A stretch of 64,000 nt of DNA from an uncultured Candidatus Saccharibacteria bacterium. GTDB taxonomy: Bacteria > Patescibacteriota > Minisyncoccia > Phycocordibacterales > UBA5272. The notes beneath the pieces are model-generated. The model searched no databases. It saw only the letters and a list, made by a program, of their open reading frames with translations, and was not told the DNA's origin. The position numbers and the translations under genes are program-made. The DNA is taken from the NCBI GenBank assembly GCA_964621595.1, contig CAZUPO010000001.1, positions 78,758-142,757 on the forward strand, given 5' to 3'. Every line of letters starts with the position of its first letter. Position 1 is the first letter of the stretch. This document shows positions 1 to 10,567 of the stretch, piece after piece.

Positions 1-450
1 ATCGTCGCAGAATGGAATGCAAAAGGAGGTGCTCCACTTGAAGAATACAATCGACTCAAAGATGAACAAACTCGCCTCACTGCAGAAGGAGAGCGTTTGC
101 AAAAAATATACGAGGAGTTAACTACAGAACAAAAACTGATTAATGAAAAAATAGATAGGTACAACGAACTTGTACGTTATATCAATACAAAAATTACTGA
201 GTTAAATAGTACTGCAAAGAAAGAATTTACCGAGGGTAACTATAATGGTTTAACTAACACAATAACAGTCTTCCAATACAGTACGCCAGTTAAACTTGAA
301 CGTATGCTAACACATGAGTTTGGGCACGCACTCGGTATAGATCACCTTTCAAATGAAAACGCTATCATGTACTATCTCAACTCATCAAATTCACTCACTC
401 TATCAAGTGATGATACGCAGGCCCTTAAAGCAGTATGCAAGATCCCTTAA
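1..450 (+). CDS. Matrixin (M10-like) zinc metalloprotease with coiled-coil region, 5' partial
   Basis: Frame is open from base 1; HEFGHALGIDH metzincin motif followed by Met-turn (AIMY). Confidence 0.85.
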   Translation: MVAEWNAKGGAPLEEYNRLKDEQTRLTAEGERLQKIYEELTTEQKLINEKIDRYNELVRYINTKITELNSTAKKEFTEGNYNGLTNTITVFQYSTPVKLERMLTHEFGHALGIDHLSNENAIMYYLNSSNSLTLSSDDTQALKAVCKIP

Positions 451-1064
451 CCAAACAAGAATTATCTCTTATTCGTAGATTGAACACCCCTGCAAAAATT
501 CAGGATTTTCTTGACTCTATTCCTTTTAATTATGAGTTACATGGTGAAACATGCATGTCTCCAAGAAGGGTCATACGAGAAAGGAAGGCACATTGTATCG
601 AGGGTGCAATGTTCGCTGCACTTGTGCTCAGACATCATGGTTACAAACCAAAGATCATGAGTTTTAAAGTTGCTCGAGGTGATATAGATCACACGGTAAC
701 AATATTTAAAGAACACGGGTATTATGGTGCTATCAGCAAGACAAACCACGCGGTCTTACGATACCGAGATCCGGTGTACACAACACCACGTGAACTCGCC
801 ATGTCATACTTCCATGAGTACTTTATTAACGGGACCGGTAAAAAAACCATGCTTGGATACTCGCCATTGGTTGATCTCATGAAATTTGGCCATACATGGA
901 TGACAGCAGAAAAAGACCTGTGGGATATTGCAGAATACATATATACGATGCGACATCACCCGATTACAAACAAGAAAGTTTTGTACAAACGAGCCAGTCT
1001 TGTGGAGAGAAAGGCGGCAGATATACTTGAGTGGTCAACAGATGAAAAAAAACAGTACGTATAG
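435..1064 (+). CDS. Conserved hypothetical protein, transglutaminase-like
   Basis: 209 aa; AHCIEGA Cys plus DH motif resembling a transglutaminase-fold catalytic set. Confidence 0.55.
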   Translation: MQDPLTKQELSLIRRLNTPAKIQDFLDSIPFNYELHGETCMSPRRVIRERKAHCIEGAMFAALVLRHHGYKPKIMSFKVARGDIDHTVTIFKEHGYYGAISKTNHAVLRYRDPVYTTPRELAMSYFHEYFINGTGKKTMLGYSPLVDLMKFGHTWMTAEKDLWDIAEYIYTMRHHPITNKKVLYKRASLVERKAADILEWSTDEKKQYV

Positions 1065-1069
1065 AAAAA

Positions 1070-2140
1070 CTATAGTTCTTTTTCTCGTAACCCTTGAGGA
1101 GGGGTGCCGAAACGTACGTAGAACCTCTCTCTTCCAACAACGCGATTTGTATCTACCTTTACCGTAATCCTCCAGAGGCCTTCTATCATATTTTCTTTTA
1201 CAGAGTAGGCACGGTATCCGTTTTCCCTTCCGCCTTCGATACTAAAAGGAACGGTAAGTTTCTCCTGCCAAGAGTGTGATTGCTCATCGTAATATTCCCA
1301 TACATGGGAAAGTGGGGCGGTAAGGGCGCTCGGCGCATCGACTGCGCTAAAAAAATACACGGCTGGATCATGTGGATCTACGGTTATAGTAGACGCTCTG
1401 TAGGAATGCAGAAATCGATCATCCAACTCGTAGGTACCTCGATATCTCCCTCCATCTTCTCGTTCTATGTGGTAATACACACCACGTTCCTTAAGAGAGA
1501 GTGGTACGGCGGGCAAAATGTTTAGGTAATACATCATGCCGACAAACATTGGAATGCCGATAGCAAGTGCATGCATACGTGCGGCTTCATGCTCCCCCGT
1601 CTCCGATACATACCTCATTACCACACTGAATCCTAGTGCTACAACCACCGTAATACCGATACTTAGTGCGAATATCGCATCATTACTTTTTCCTAAAACT
1701 ACAGGTAAATGGAAGATGAAGTAAAACACCGCAGATACGAATAGAATTCCAACGTCTAACGTAAGGCGTAATCGGTGCGTTGAAACAAGTTCATTTGCTA
1801 ACACACACCCCAAAATACATAAAAAGAATGGCCAACTAACGGTTATGTCGGCTGATCTAAATGAATAAATAGACACAAAAGATAACGTAGAACCAAGGAA
1901 ACACACTATCGCGAATGTACTCAAAGAATACAGCCTCTGCTCGAGTTGCGTGGCGCGATTACGTTCAACAATCCATTCACGGATTATAATCAGTAAGCCG
2001 ATGCCAACCAGATACGAGAGTCCAACTATTTTTGCCTGCGGGTCATCTATATCAGGAAGAATGGCAATATCAAATACAAAACCAAAAATGAACAAAATGG
2101 TACTTAGATGAGCAGAGTGTTCCTTAGTACGACGAGACAT
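1070..2140 (-). CDS. DUF2914-type membrane protein
   Basis: Multi-TM N-terminus; C-terminal beta domain with GGRENGYRAYS..K..GLWRITV. Confidence 0.7.
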   Translation of the reverse strand: MSRRTKEHSAHLSTILFIFGFVFDIAILPDIDDPQAKIVGLSYLVGIGLLIIIREWIVERNRATQLEQRLYSLSTFAIVCFLGSTLSFVSIYSFRSADITVSWPFFLCILGCVLANELVSTHRLRLTLDVGILFVSAVFYFIFHLPVVLGKSNDAIFALSIGITVVVALGFSVVMRYVSETGEHEAARMHALAIGIPMFVGMMYYLNILPAVPLSLKERGVYYHIEREDGGRYRGTYELDDRFLHSYRASTITVDPHDPAVYFFSAVDAPSALTAPLSHVWEYYDEQSHSWQEKLTVPFSIEGGRENGYRAYSVKENMIEGLWRITVKVDTNRVVGRERFYVRFGTPPQGLREKEL

Positions 2141-2153
2141 ACTGTGTTGAGTA

Positions 2154-3149
2154 TTATTCTCCTATAAGAGAAAGGAAAATAGCAGTGAGTGCTATCCATG
2201 CATGATCACGAGAAACGTCTAATAATGATCTTTTTTGCAATAACTCTAAAACAACTTTAGAAGTAAAGAGGTGTGGGTGGGCACCTACAATATCTTTCAT
2301 TATAGGAGATACCGAAACCTTCACCCTTTCCTCAAGACCAATGCGGATAAGTTCTAGACACTCATCATATAGAGCAAGAGGTGATGCTTGCGAAACGCGA
2401 TCAAGTGAGGCAAGCAACGCGGAAGCATTTTTGTCACCGATACTTTTGAGAATGGTAAATACTTCATCTCTATGTGGAGTACCGAGCAAGGTCACAATAT
2501 CTTCATACGAAATCTTTTTAGAAGATACAGCGAACACTTGCTCCAGAACGCCAAGCGCGTCACGATATGATCCTTTTCCGTGTTTTGCAATCGCCTCGCC
2601 TGCTTCCGTAGACAGACTCCTACCTTCTTCTTGTGCAATATCAATAAGCCGTGTGGAGAGCGTGGAGATACTTGGGATTTTAAAAACAATTTTCTGACAA
2701 CGTGAGACGATTGTTTCAGGAAGTTTCTCTGGGTCAGTAGTAGCAAGAATAAACACAACATGTGCTGGCGGCTCCTCAAGTGTCTTAAGAAGTGCGTTCG
2801 CTGCTTCTTTAGTGAGCATATGCGCTTCGTCGATAATGTACACCTTATACGGACTAGAAAATGGTGCAGTGCGCACCGCTTCTCGTAAGACACGTACCTC
2901 GTCTATACCGCGATTACTCGCAGCATCAATCTCAATGATATCTTCGGGATTACAACCAATATCCCGCGCAACAATACGTGCTACAGTTGTCTTGCCGGTA
3001 CCTCGCCCTCCACAGAATAGATATGCGTGGGAAATCTTCTTCTGCTTAATAGATTCGGTCAATACCTGTACTACCTGCTCCTGCCCAACGACCTCATCAA
3101 ATGTTGTTGGTCGATATTTACGATAGAGGGCTACGTGTGTCGTTTTCAT
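2154..3149 (-). CDS. dnaX: DNA polymerase III subunit gamma/tau (short form)
   Basis: ALYRKYRP, GGRGTGKTT, IIDEAHML, SRC motifs; start set at MKTTH (3149). Confidence 0.95.
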   Translation of the reverse strand: MKTTHVALYRKYRPTTFDEVVGQEQVVQVLTESIKQKKISHAYLFCGGRGTGKTTVARIVARDIGCNPEDIIEIDAASNRGIDEVRVLREAVRTAPFSSPYKVYIIDEAHMLTKEAANALLKTLEEPPAHVVFILATTDPEKLPETIVSRCQKIVFKIPSISTLSTRLIDIAQEEGRSLSTEAGEAIAKHGKGSYRDALGVLEQVFAVSSKKISYEDIVTLLGTPHRDEVFTILKSIGDKNASALLASLDRVSQASPLALYDECLELIRIGLEERVKVSVSPIMKDIVGAHPHLFTSKVVLELLQKRSLLDVSRDHAWIALTAIFLSLIGE

Positions 3150-3243
3150 ACAAAAATTGTACCACAACTAGGAAATTATTTCTCTGTAATTGGTAAGCGA
3201 TACAGAAGGATTGAAATTCAAAGATTCTATTACACGTTCTGGT

Positions 3244-4338
3244 TTATTTATCCCGAGAGAGGAAGGTTGCAACCTTGTCTTCCACCTCTTTTGCATTCCC
3301 ACATTCCATTAACTCGGAACGGAACTCCTTCGCACCATCAAAACCATTCACGTATGCTTTGAAATGTTTTTTCATAATAGCAAAACTTTTTATGTCACCG
3401 AGTTTTTCTTCGTACAGTCTTGTATGTTCAACAAGAATACGCAATCTCTCTTCTACGGACTTCGTAATTCCGCTAGTGTGACTATCGAAAAGCCACGGTG
3501 TTCCAAAGATACCGCGCCCAATCATCACTCCGTCAATCTTTGTTTCTTGTGCTTTGTTTCTACCATCGATAAGATCAATAACATCACCATTACCAAGAAG
3601 TATTGTTCCGCCATCTTGTACTTCACCTGTCATTTCTCGTACAAGCGCACGAACGTCGTTCATAATTTCCCAATGTGCAGCGACTTTTGACATTTCTTTT
3701 CGGGTACGCAGGTGAACGGTCAATACCGGAACATTACATTCAAGAATTTTTGGTAACCATTCTTTATATTCTATTTTGTTGTAACCAAGACGAGTCTTCA
3801 CAGAAACTGGAATATCTACCGCCCCCTCTTGAGCGGCGCGTATCACTTTTTGTGCAGTGCGCCAGTCCTTAATGTGTGCCGCCCCTGCCCCCTGCTTTTC
3901 TATGCTCTTATCTGGACACCCCATGTTAATATCTATACCGTCGAATCCAAGTTCACGACATAGCCGTGCTGCTTCGCGCATGTGGTCAGGGTTCGAGGTA
4001 AATAGTTGAGCAACAATTGGTCTTTGCTTATCTGTAAATTCTAAATCACGTTTGAGTACATCTCTCCCCGGACTACACAGTCCTGTTGCAGAGACGAATT
4101 CTGTCCACATCACATCTGGTCCACCACCTACCTCTCTCATCCTAGAATACTTCGCGATCATCTCTCGAAATGCAACATCAGTTACATCCGCCATCGGCGC
4201 TACGACAAAAACAGGCTCACCTTGAGAGATCTTTTTTTCATACAATTCTTGCCAAAAACCCCGCACTGGATTCATCTGCACCCTACGGACAGGCTTCTCT
4301 GGTTTGAATATTTTATTGAGGAGTCGTTGTAGCATCAT
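3244..4338 (-). CDS. dus: tRNA-dihydrouridine synthase
   Basis: APMADVTD, DINMGCP, VSVKTRLG, GNGDV, MIGRG motifs. Confidence 0.93.
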   Translation of the reverse strand: MMLQRLLNKIFKPEKPVRRVQMNPVRGFWQELYEKKISQGEPVFVVAPMADVTDVAFREMIAKYSRMREVGGGPDVMWTEFVSATGLCSPGRDVLKRDLEFTDKQRPIVAQLFTSNPDHMREAARLCRELGFDGIDINMGCPDKSIEKQGAGAAHIKDWRTAQKVIRAAQEGAVDIPVSVKTRLGYNKIEYKEWLPKILECNVPVLTVHLRTRKEMSKVAAHWEIMNDVRALVREMTGEVQDGGTILLGNGDVIDLIDGRNKAQETKIDGVMIGRGIFGTPWLFDSHTSGITKSVEERLRILVEHTRLYEEKLGDIKSFAIMKKHFKAYVNGFDGAKEFRSELMECGNAKEVEDKVATFLSRDK

Positions 4339-5173
4339 GCGGAGGGATTATAGCGCCACCTTTAGTATTTGTAAATGACTCATCTTTAAATTTATAAAAA
4401 ACCTTGTTTGGGAAACGTATATCTAAATACTCAAGAGATTGAAGAGAGTTTTGTAATTTCGTTTTAAGTGGATCGGTATCTATCGCGCTTACTATAGTAG
4501 ACCAAACCTTGTCCATGTCCGCGTCCTTTGTTATTTTGATACCAATACCCTCTTCGCTAAGAAGATATATATCGTTGTAACTATCTATTTCGATTCTTCG
4601 TATTGGAAATAGCACGGATTCAATTTTTTTGATAAGTGAAGACAGTTTTTCCAGAAACACCTGATCAACACCCTCAATCCGTGATGTGGTTACCCCGTCC
4701 TGTGTAATTGGTGTCAGTGATGACGATGCGACCATGAACAATGGATATGAATCTACGGGATGTATCTCGGTATATATCACACCATTTTTTGTTAGTGCTA
4801 ACATATCACTTATTCGATAAAGAGGTGTGTAGGGAGTAACAACAATCTTTAGGGTGTGAATACTACTTGGGTACACTTGTACCGATTGAGTGTTAGGAAA
4901 TTGCTCAACGAGAGCACGTTTAATGGCCCCCTTTCGAAACGTAACTATTTTATTCCCAGGCACAAATGAATCTTTGCCCGATTCAACAATAGACCTAACA
5001 AGAGACTCTGCCTCTGTATGCCTGGTGTCATCTACTCCTACAATAACATACGTGTCGATAGTAAACGCATCACTACGACAATAAATATAATACACACCAC
5101 CTATAATAAATACTCCAAGGGTTATAAAAAATATCCTTCGAAGTTGTGTGAGAGTACTTCGCTTTATTTTCAT
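4313..5173 (-). CDS. FtsQ/DivIB-like cell division protein
   Basis: Single N-terminal TM, POTRA-like region, C-terminal LEYLDIRFPNKVFYK. Confidence 0.6.
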   Translation of the reverse strand: MKIKRSTLTQLRRIFFITLGVFIIGGVYYIYCRSDAFTIDTYVIVGVDDTRHTEAESLVRSIVESGKDSFVPGNKIVTFRKGAIKRALVEQFPNTQSVQVYPSSIHTLKIVVTPYTPLYRISDMLALTKNGVIYTEIHPVDSYPLFMVASSSLTPITQDGVTTSRIEGVDQVFLEKLSSLIKKIESVLFPIRRIEIDSYNDIYLLSEEGIGIKITKDADMDKVWSTIVSAIDTDPLKTKLQNSLQSLEYLDIRFPNKVFYKFKDESFTNTKGGAIIPPHDATTTPQ

Positions 5174-5182
5174 GAAAGCAAC

Positions 5183-6454
5183 CTAAAATACTGGTTTACC
5201 TATGACCGTCTTTCCACCCATATATGGAACTAACACCTCTGGGACTTTTACAGTACCGTCTGCCTGTTGAAAATTTTCGATGATAGCAGTAAGAAGTCTC
5301 GGCGTTGCTGCTGCGGTGTTATTAAGTGAGTGTGTATAGTGCATCTTTCCATCTTTATCCTTGTAACGAATATTGAGTCGGCGTGTTTGGTAGTCGTGGA
5401 AATAACTCGCGGAATGCGTCTCGCGATATTTTCCTTGGGATGGCATCCATGCTTCGATGTCATACTTCTTTACCTGTCCTTGTCCTAGATCTCCACCACA
5501 GATAAGTAACTTGTGATAGGGTATACCCAGTTCCTCCATCATCTCTTCTGAGTGGCGGGTTATTTCTTCGTGATGCTTCACTGATTCTTCATGAGAAGCA
5601 GCACAAAGTACGACCTGTTCACACTTATAAAATTCATGGACACGGATAAGACCCTTCACATCCTTACCATGACTCCCCGCTTCTTTTCGAAAACATGGAC
5701 TCCATGCGATGATCCTACGTGGAAGATCAGATTCTTGTAATACTTCATCACTGTGATAAAACATCGTAGCAACTTCTCCTGTTCCGGCTAGATAATCATT
5801 ACCATCCTTATACAAATCATCTTCTCCTTGTGGAAGATAGCCAGAACCAAGCAGTGCTTCACGTCGAACAAGTGAGGGTACGAGCATAGGCTCGAATCCT
5901 TTGTCTTGCCAACGCTTCATAACATACTGCCACACAGCTATCTCCAAAAGTGCTGCATCATTTTTAAGGAAGTATCCGCGAAAACCTGCCGTTTTTGTTC
6001 CACGATCAAAGTCAACGAAATTTTGCTTCTCCATGATCTCGATATGATCGCGTGGTGTGAATGAAAATGTTGGTAGTGTTCCCCAGGAAGCAATGTCAAC
6101 ATTTTCACTATCATCTTTTCCCTCTGGAACAGACATATCCGGCACATTTGGTACCGCAAGCATGAGTCGCCTCCATTCCACCATCACTTTTTCGAGTTCA
6201 TCTTCTTGTTTTTTCAGAGAATCTTTAACACCTTTCATCTCCTCGATGAGGGTTTGTCTTTCTGTGGCGTCGACTTTGGTTATCTTTTCACTTGTTGCGT
6301 TTTGTTTTGAACGCAATTCTTCTACAACACGTAGTATTTCTAGACGATCAGTGTCTACCTTTACAAGATCTTCGACCTTAAATGGAATATGCTTTTTTCT
6401 TGCAGCTTCTTTAATAATATCTTGGTTTTCGCGAATAAATTTGATATCTAACAT
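5183..6454 (-). CDS. serS: Serine--tRNA ligase
   Basis: MLDIKFIREN start, coiled-coil arm, CFRKEAG, GLIRVHEF, HSLNNT motifs. Confidence 0.97.
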   Translation of the reverse strand: MLDIKFIRENQDIIKEAARKKHIPFKVEDLVKVDTDRLEILRVVEELRSKQNATSEKITKVDATERQTLIEEMKGVKDSLKKQEDELEKVMVEWRRLMLAVPNVPDMSVPEGKDDSENVDIASWGTLPTFSFTPRDHIEIMEKQNFVDFDRGTKTAGFRGYFLKNDAALLEIAVWQYVMKRWQDKGFEPMLVPSLVRREALLGSGYLPQGEDDLYKDGNDYLAGTGEVATMFYHSDEVLQESDLPRRIIAWSPCFRKEAGSHGKDVKGLIRVHEFYKCEQVVLCAASHEESVKHHEEITRHSEEMMEELGIPYHKLLICGGDLGQGQVKKYDIEAWMPSQGKYRETHSASYFHDYQTRRLNIRYKDKDGKMHYTHSLNNTAAATPRLLTAIIENFQQADGTVKVPEVLVPYMGGKTVIGKPVF

Positions 6455-6522
6455 GATTTGTAATTGTACCATGTTTATAAGTTTTCTAAAATGTAAATAA
6501 AACAGGCTATACTTCGTGGTGT

Positions 6523-7209
6523 ATGGACCAAGAAAAAGCAGCAACAATGTTTAACGACCTGCACGGGGTAACCCCTCATGTGGGCCTTCATACTGAAGGA
6601 CATCATTATAAGCCAAAGGATCTAAGTAGTCGTGTCGCAAAGACTATCGTGCATTTCTCTGCAACGTGTGCTGACTTCCTTTTTCGAGAACGCTATGGTC
6701 ACCGAGCTATTGTTCTTGAAACAATTGCATCTGTGCCAGGAATGGTGGGCGGGTTATTTCAACATCTTAAGTCACTTCGATTTATTCGTGACGACAAGGG
6801 TTGGATTCGCGCACTCATAGATGAGGCAGAGAATGAGCGCATTCACCTCCTTGTGTATAGTTCGATAGCAAAGCCAACTATTATTGAACGTACGCTTATT
6901 ATTGTAGTTCAGTTTTTCTTTTCAATTATTTACGGGACACTGTACCTACTCTCTCCACGAACAGCCCATCGTGTCGTTGGATTCTTCGAAGAGGAAGCAA
7001 TTCATAGTTACGAGACGTATCTTCGTCTTGTTCATGAGGGTGTTCATGAAAATATAGAAGCACCGACCCTTGCAAAAAGTTACTGGAATCTCCACGAAGG
7101 CGCTCGACTTACTGACGTAATCGAAGCCACCATCAAAGATGAAATGCTTCATCGCGATGTAAACCATCGCTTTGCTGATGACCCACATGGAACTCAGATG
7201 TGGCACTAG
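6523..7209 (+). CDS. aox: Alternative oxidase (di-iron quinol oxidase)
   Basis: LETIASVPGMV, EAENERIHL, FEEEAIHSY, DEMLHRDVNH: all four AOX iron-ligand motifs. Confidence 0.92.
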   Translation: MDQEKAATMFNDLHGVTPHVGLHTEGHHYKPKDLSSRVAKTIVHFSATCADFLFRERYGHRAIVLETIASVPGMVGGLFQHLKSLRFIRDDKGWIRALIDEAENERIHLLVYSSIAKPTIIERTLIIVVQFFFSIIYGTLYLLSPRTAHRVVGFFEEEAIHSYETYLRLVHEGVHENIEAPTLAKSYWNLHEGARLTDVIEATIKDEMLHRDVNHRFADDPHGTQMWH

Positions 7210-7223
7210 TAGTTACACAAAAT

Positions 7224-7255
7224 AACTAAATCCCTACACATGTAGGGATTTAGTT
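7224..7255. terminator. Bidirectional terminator-like hairpin between convergent aox and cyclase
   Basis: AACTAAATCCCTACA-ca-TGTAGGGATTTAGTT perfect 15-bp inverted repeat. Confidence 0.7.
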
Positions 7256-7273
7256 TGCGTGTAGAATAACTCG

Positions 7274-9178
7274 TTATTTTTCGTCGAACCTCCAAATGCC
7301 ATCAAAGGTATCGTCGTGACGAACGACCTCTATACGTTCAAGTAGTTTCTCTGACGGCGCATCCCCCTCCATAGCTAAAGAACGAAGTATCTGCACAGCG
7401 TCATCAAAATGTTTTTCTTGATATCGTACAAAAGCTTCTTCGTATGTACTAATTCTCTCGACCAATCCTTCTTGTGCATGCATGACTTCGTACAAAACTG
7501 TTGGGAGAGTTTTTCCTTTTACGGTAATCACGTCGAGTTTTCTGAAAAGAATGTTCTTGGCGTCGATAGTTTTGCGAACATCCTCAGTAACAATAATTTC
7601 TACACCGTATTTCTTTGTGAGACCTTCAACACGAGAACTCAAATTCACGGTATCTCCAAGTATTGTATAGTTCACACGCTCATGGGACCCAACGTTTCCT
7701 ACAATAACCCCACCCCTGTGTACTCCTATCCCCATAGCAAGAGATGTGCCATGCTGAGTATTGAATTCTCGAAGAGCATCTTGCATGGAGAGCGCTGCCC
7801 GTACTGCATGAAGTTCATGATGAGAAACTTTAAGTGGTGCATTCCAGAAAGCCATAACTGCGTCGCCGATAAACTTATCGATCGTCCCCTTTTCTTCAAG
7901 AATTGGCTTTGTCATTGCACTAAAATAGGCATTTAACATCTTTGTTAAATCTTCCGGAGAAAGTGATTCCGAAAGTGTTGTAAAGCCACGCAAATCAGAA
8001 AACAACACCGTGACATCACGCTTTTCCCCTTCAAAATGTAGTCCTTGTGGAGAAGCAAGTAGCTCCTGCAATACATCTTTGTGCACATATTTAGAAAAAA
8101 GATTTTCAATATATCTGTTCTTCTTTTTTTCACGCACAAAACGGACCAATATGCTGTACGCGCCCGTTACAAGTGTTGTGACGATAAGGGCAGGAGCAGG
8201 TATCTCAAACCCTGCGCTAAATAGCACAAAGGAAAGCACGATCAGTGCAACAATGATTCCTACGATACTAGATATTTGACCCAAAACACTACGCGAAAAT
8301 CTAAGGGCAACATAGGTAAGAATGGCACATAGTAACACAAGAATGCATTGGAGTAATGCGGGTACCTCAACATCCTGCACTCCCTCTAATCGAGAGATAA
8401 GCGCACTTGCGTGAACATACACACCTGGAATTTTTTCACCAGAAAATGATACGAAGTGATCCTCCAGATCCAGTGACACAGAACCGATAAAAAGAATCTT
8501 GTCTTTGAGGGCCTCCTTAGGAACATTTCCACGAAGTACTTCAACAAGTGAGTACGTTTCGATGTGTTTTGGATATCTAAAATGAGTTACGTTACTTTCA
8601 CATGAGAGTTTACCTCTACCAAATGTCGCATCCATGAAAGCCCTGTCCGCAAGACCATAAAGGCACGCAGAATTATAAGAAAAAGGTGTTGGGTATGCAC
8701 GAACCTTCCCGTCACCATCTGGGTGAACATTTGCAATAGCACTCATGAGATGATCACTGTGAGCATCTTGTATAAGGAAACTTTCAAGCAACGTTTCTCC
8801 GTCTGTCTTCGCTCCTAGAATAATTGCACTCTTACTTTCTTGCAATGCTTTAATAAATAAATCATCACCACTTCTCTTCTCCAAGAAAAGTACATCGAGG
8901 ATAACTTCTCTTGCTCCAGCAGCACTAAGAGTTCGCACCAGGTCTGCAAAGATACTTCTATCCCACGGCCACGCACCAAGTGACTGTAAACTTGCATCAT
9001 CAATACCAATGATTGCGACATCGTTTCTTTCATCCTCCGTACGAACACTATCGTAAAAACGCCTTGAACTCTCTATACCTTTTGGCGAAAAATTCCAAAA
9101 GAGTATCAAGAAAATAATACAGCACGCACCAAGTAACTCATACTTCCGATCGATAAGTATGGGGATCAATTTTTTCAT
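7274..9178 (-). CDS. CHASE2-domain class III adenylate cyclase
   Basis: IDDASL..LGAWPWDR (CHASE2), 3 TM, LFSDLRGFT, IDKFIGDAVMAFW, NYTILGDTVNLSSRVE. Confidence 0.93.
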   Translation of the reverse strand: MKKLIPILIDRKYELLGACCIIFLILFWNFSPKGIESSRRFYDSVRTEDERNDVAIIGIDDASLQSLGAWPWDRSIFADLVRTLSAAGAREVILDVLFLEKRSGDDLFIKALQESKSAIILGAKTDGETLLESFLIQDAHSDHLMSAIANVHPDGDGKVRAYPTPFSYNSACLYGLADRAFMDATFGRGKLSCESNVTHFRYPKHIETYSLVEVLRGNVPKEALKDKILFIGSVSLDLEDHFVSFSGEKIPGVYVHASALISRLEGVQDVEVPALLQCILVLLCAILTYVALRFSRSVLGQISSIVGIIVALIVLSFVLFSAGFEIPAPALIVTTLVTGAYSILVRFVREKKKNRYIENLFSKYVHKDVLQELLASPQGLHFEGEKRDVTVLFSDLRGFTTLSESLSPEDLTKMLNAYFSAMTKPILEEKGTIDKFIGDAVMAFWNAPLKVSHHELHAVRAALSMQDALREFNTQHGTSLAMGIGVHRGGVIVGNVGSHERVNYTILGDTVNLSSRVEGLTKKYGVEIIVTEDVRKTIDAKNILFRKLDVITVKGKTLPTVLYEVMHAQEGLVERISTYEEAFVRYQEKHFDDAVQILRSLAMEGDAPSEKLLERIEVVRHDDTFDGIWRFDEK

Positions 9179-9211
9179 GGAGTAATTGTACTTGCGACAG
9201 TAGCGTAAGAA

Positions 9212-10567
9212 TTACTGGAATGGATACTCGTCATCGAAACGTGTTTGGAGTCGAGTCTTTAGCGCTTTGTCTTTGGTACTACAGTACGTATCGATCTGCT
9301 GTGCAAAATCACCGAGAGTTCCCGAGGTAAATGGATATCCGTTATTTTTTGCATAATCCAACACCGCCTTCATACGATCAGATGCTTTGGCACCTGTTGC
9401 ACACGGTGTATCGACATCATCAAGATAGAAATGTTTAATAAACAACGGTTCGAATGTAGAGTAAAACTTCTCCTCATCCATTTTGACCACCGTCCCGCCT
9501 GAGGTCGACGTATTGGTTGTATTGGTTGTGGTGGTTGTTGTCTTTGTGGTATCAGTTGTTGTCTTTGTTGTTTTGGTAGTTGATTTTGTGGTTTCAGTTA
9601 CCACTGGTTTTGTCTCTTCTCTAGGTGTTCCTTCTTCTTTTGTTTCTACCTTAGGTTCCTCTTGTACACGTGGTTTTTTGACAATTTCATTGATGTTCTT
9701 GTCCTCTTTTTCATTGTCCAAATCCTTAAAAATCTCTTTCTTCATCTCCTTACGGAACATGTCTTTGAAGAGTTCTTTCTGAGTACGTTCTTCTAACTTT
9801 TGCACCTCTGTATCCTTCTTCTGTTCTTCTTCGATCATTCGCTTCATCTCATCGATCTTTCTGTCATCAATTCTTTCCTTGTCGACAAATTGCTTCATTT
9901 CAGTGTCTTTGATAGTTTCTGTCGTAATCATAGCAACAACCGGATTACCCTTCAGATCCTTTCTTTCTTCTACAGAAATAGTTTTTCCTTCTGTTACCTG
10001 TACCATCTCCTCCTTTGTAGAAGTTGCTTGTGATTCAACTTCTTTTTTAACCTCTACAGTATGTTCGGTAACAGAGACTTTTGTTTTTTTCTTGGTTTTA
10101 TCATACTTCACACCAAACTTTGTTCCACGCACCGCAGCGAGAGTGCCTGGGGTCTTTACCTCATAACTACTACCCTTAGCGAGAGCCTCTACGCGATGAT
10201 ACGTCGAACCAAGTGTCTGAAGGATAGAAGTGTGTTCTGGAGAATATGTAATCGTAATCTCAGTATTTTCATCAAGAGAGATACTTGAGTTATCTGGGAG
10301 AAGTACAATCGCGGTACCAGTACCTGTTTTTACAACGGTATTATTATTAATTTCTGTTGGATTTTCTGTTGCTTTAAGGAATGTGTCCCCTCCGCTCTCT
10401 TTATACAAGACATCTCCACTCTTTGGATACAAGAGTATTGAGTATCCTTCTTTTTTAACCTCACTTGGTGAGGCAACAAACGTATCCGAACTTTTTTTAT
10501 TCATTACTAAAAATCCAACACCAATTGCAATAACAAGTACTGCTAAGCCCAATATACTTTTCTTCAT
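9212..10567 (-). CDS. FecR-domain membrane-anchored protein with charged/Thr-rich stalk
   Basis: N-terminal TM, VKTG..A.V.LPDNS.I.L and YEVKTPGTLAAVRGTKF FecR motifs; start at MKKSIL. Confidence 0.8.
   Translation of the reverse strand: MKKSILGLAVLVIAIGVGFLVMNKKSSDTFVASPSEVKKEGYSILLYPKSGDVLYKESGGDTFLKATENPTEINNNTVVKTGTGTAIVLLPDNSSISLDENTEITITYSPEHTSILQTLGSTYHRVEALAKGSSYEVKTPGTLAAVRGTKFGVKYDKTKKKTKVSVTEHTVEVKKEVESQATSTKEEMVQVTEGKTISVEERKDLKGNPVVAMITTETIKDTEMKQFVDKERIDDRKIDEMKRMIEEEQKKDTEVQKLEERTQKELFKDMFRKEMKKEIFKDLDNEKEDKNINEIVKKPRVQEEPKVETKEEGTPREETKPVVTETTKSTTKTTKTTTDTTKTTTTTTNTTNTSTSGGTVVKMDEEKFYSTFEPLFIKHFYLDDVDTPCATGAKASDRMKAVLDYAKNNGYPFTSGTLGDFAQQIDTYCSTKDKALKTRLQTRFDDEYPFQ

Noticed and set aside
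9490-9620. Short tandem repeat in the FecR gene
   Set aside because: Imperfect ACA/ACC codon runs encoding a Thr-rich linker, not a discrete repeat unit
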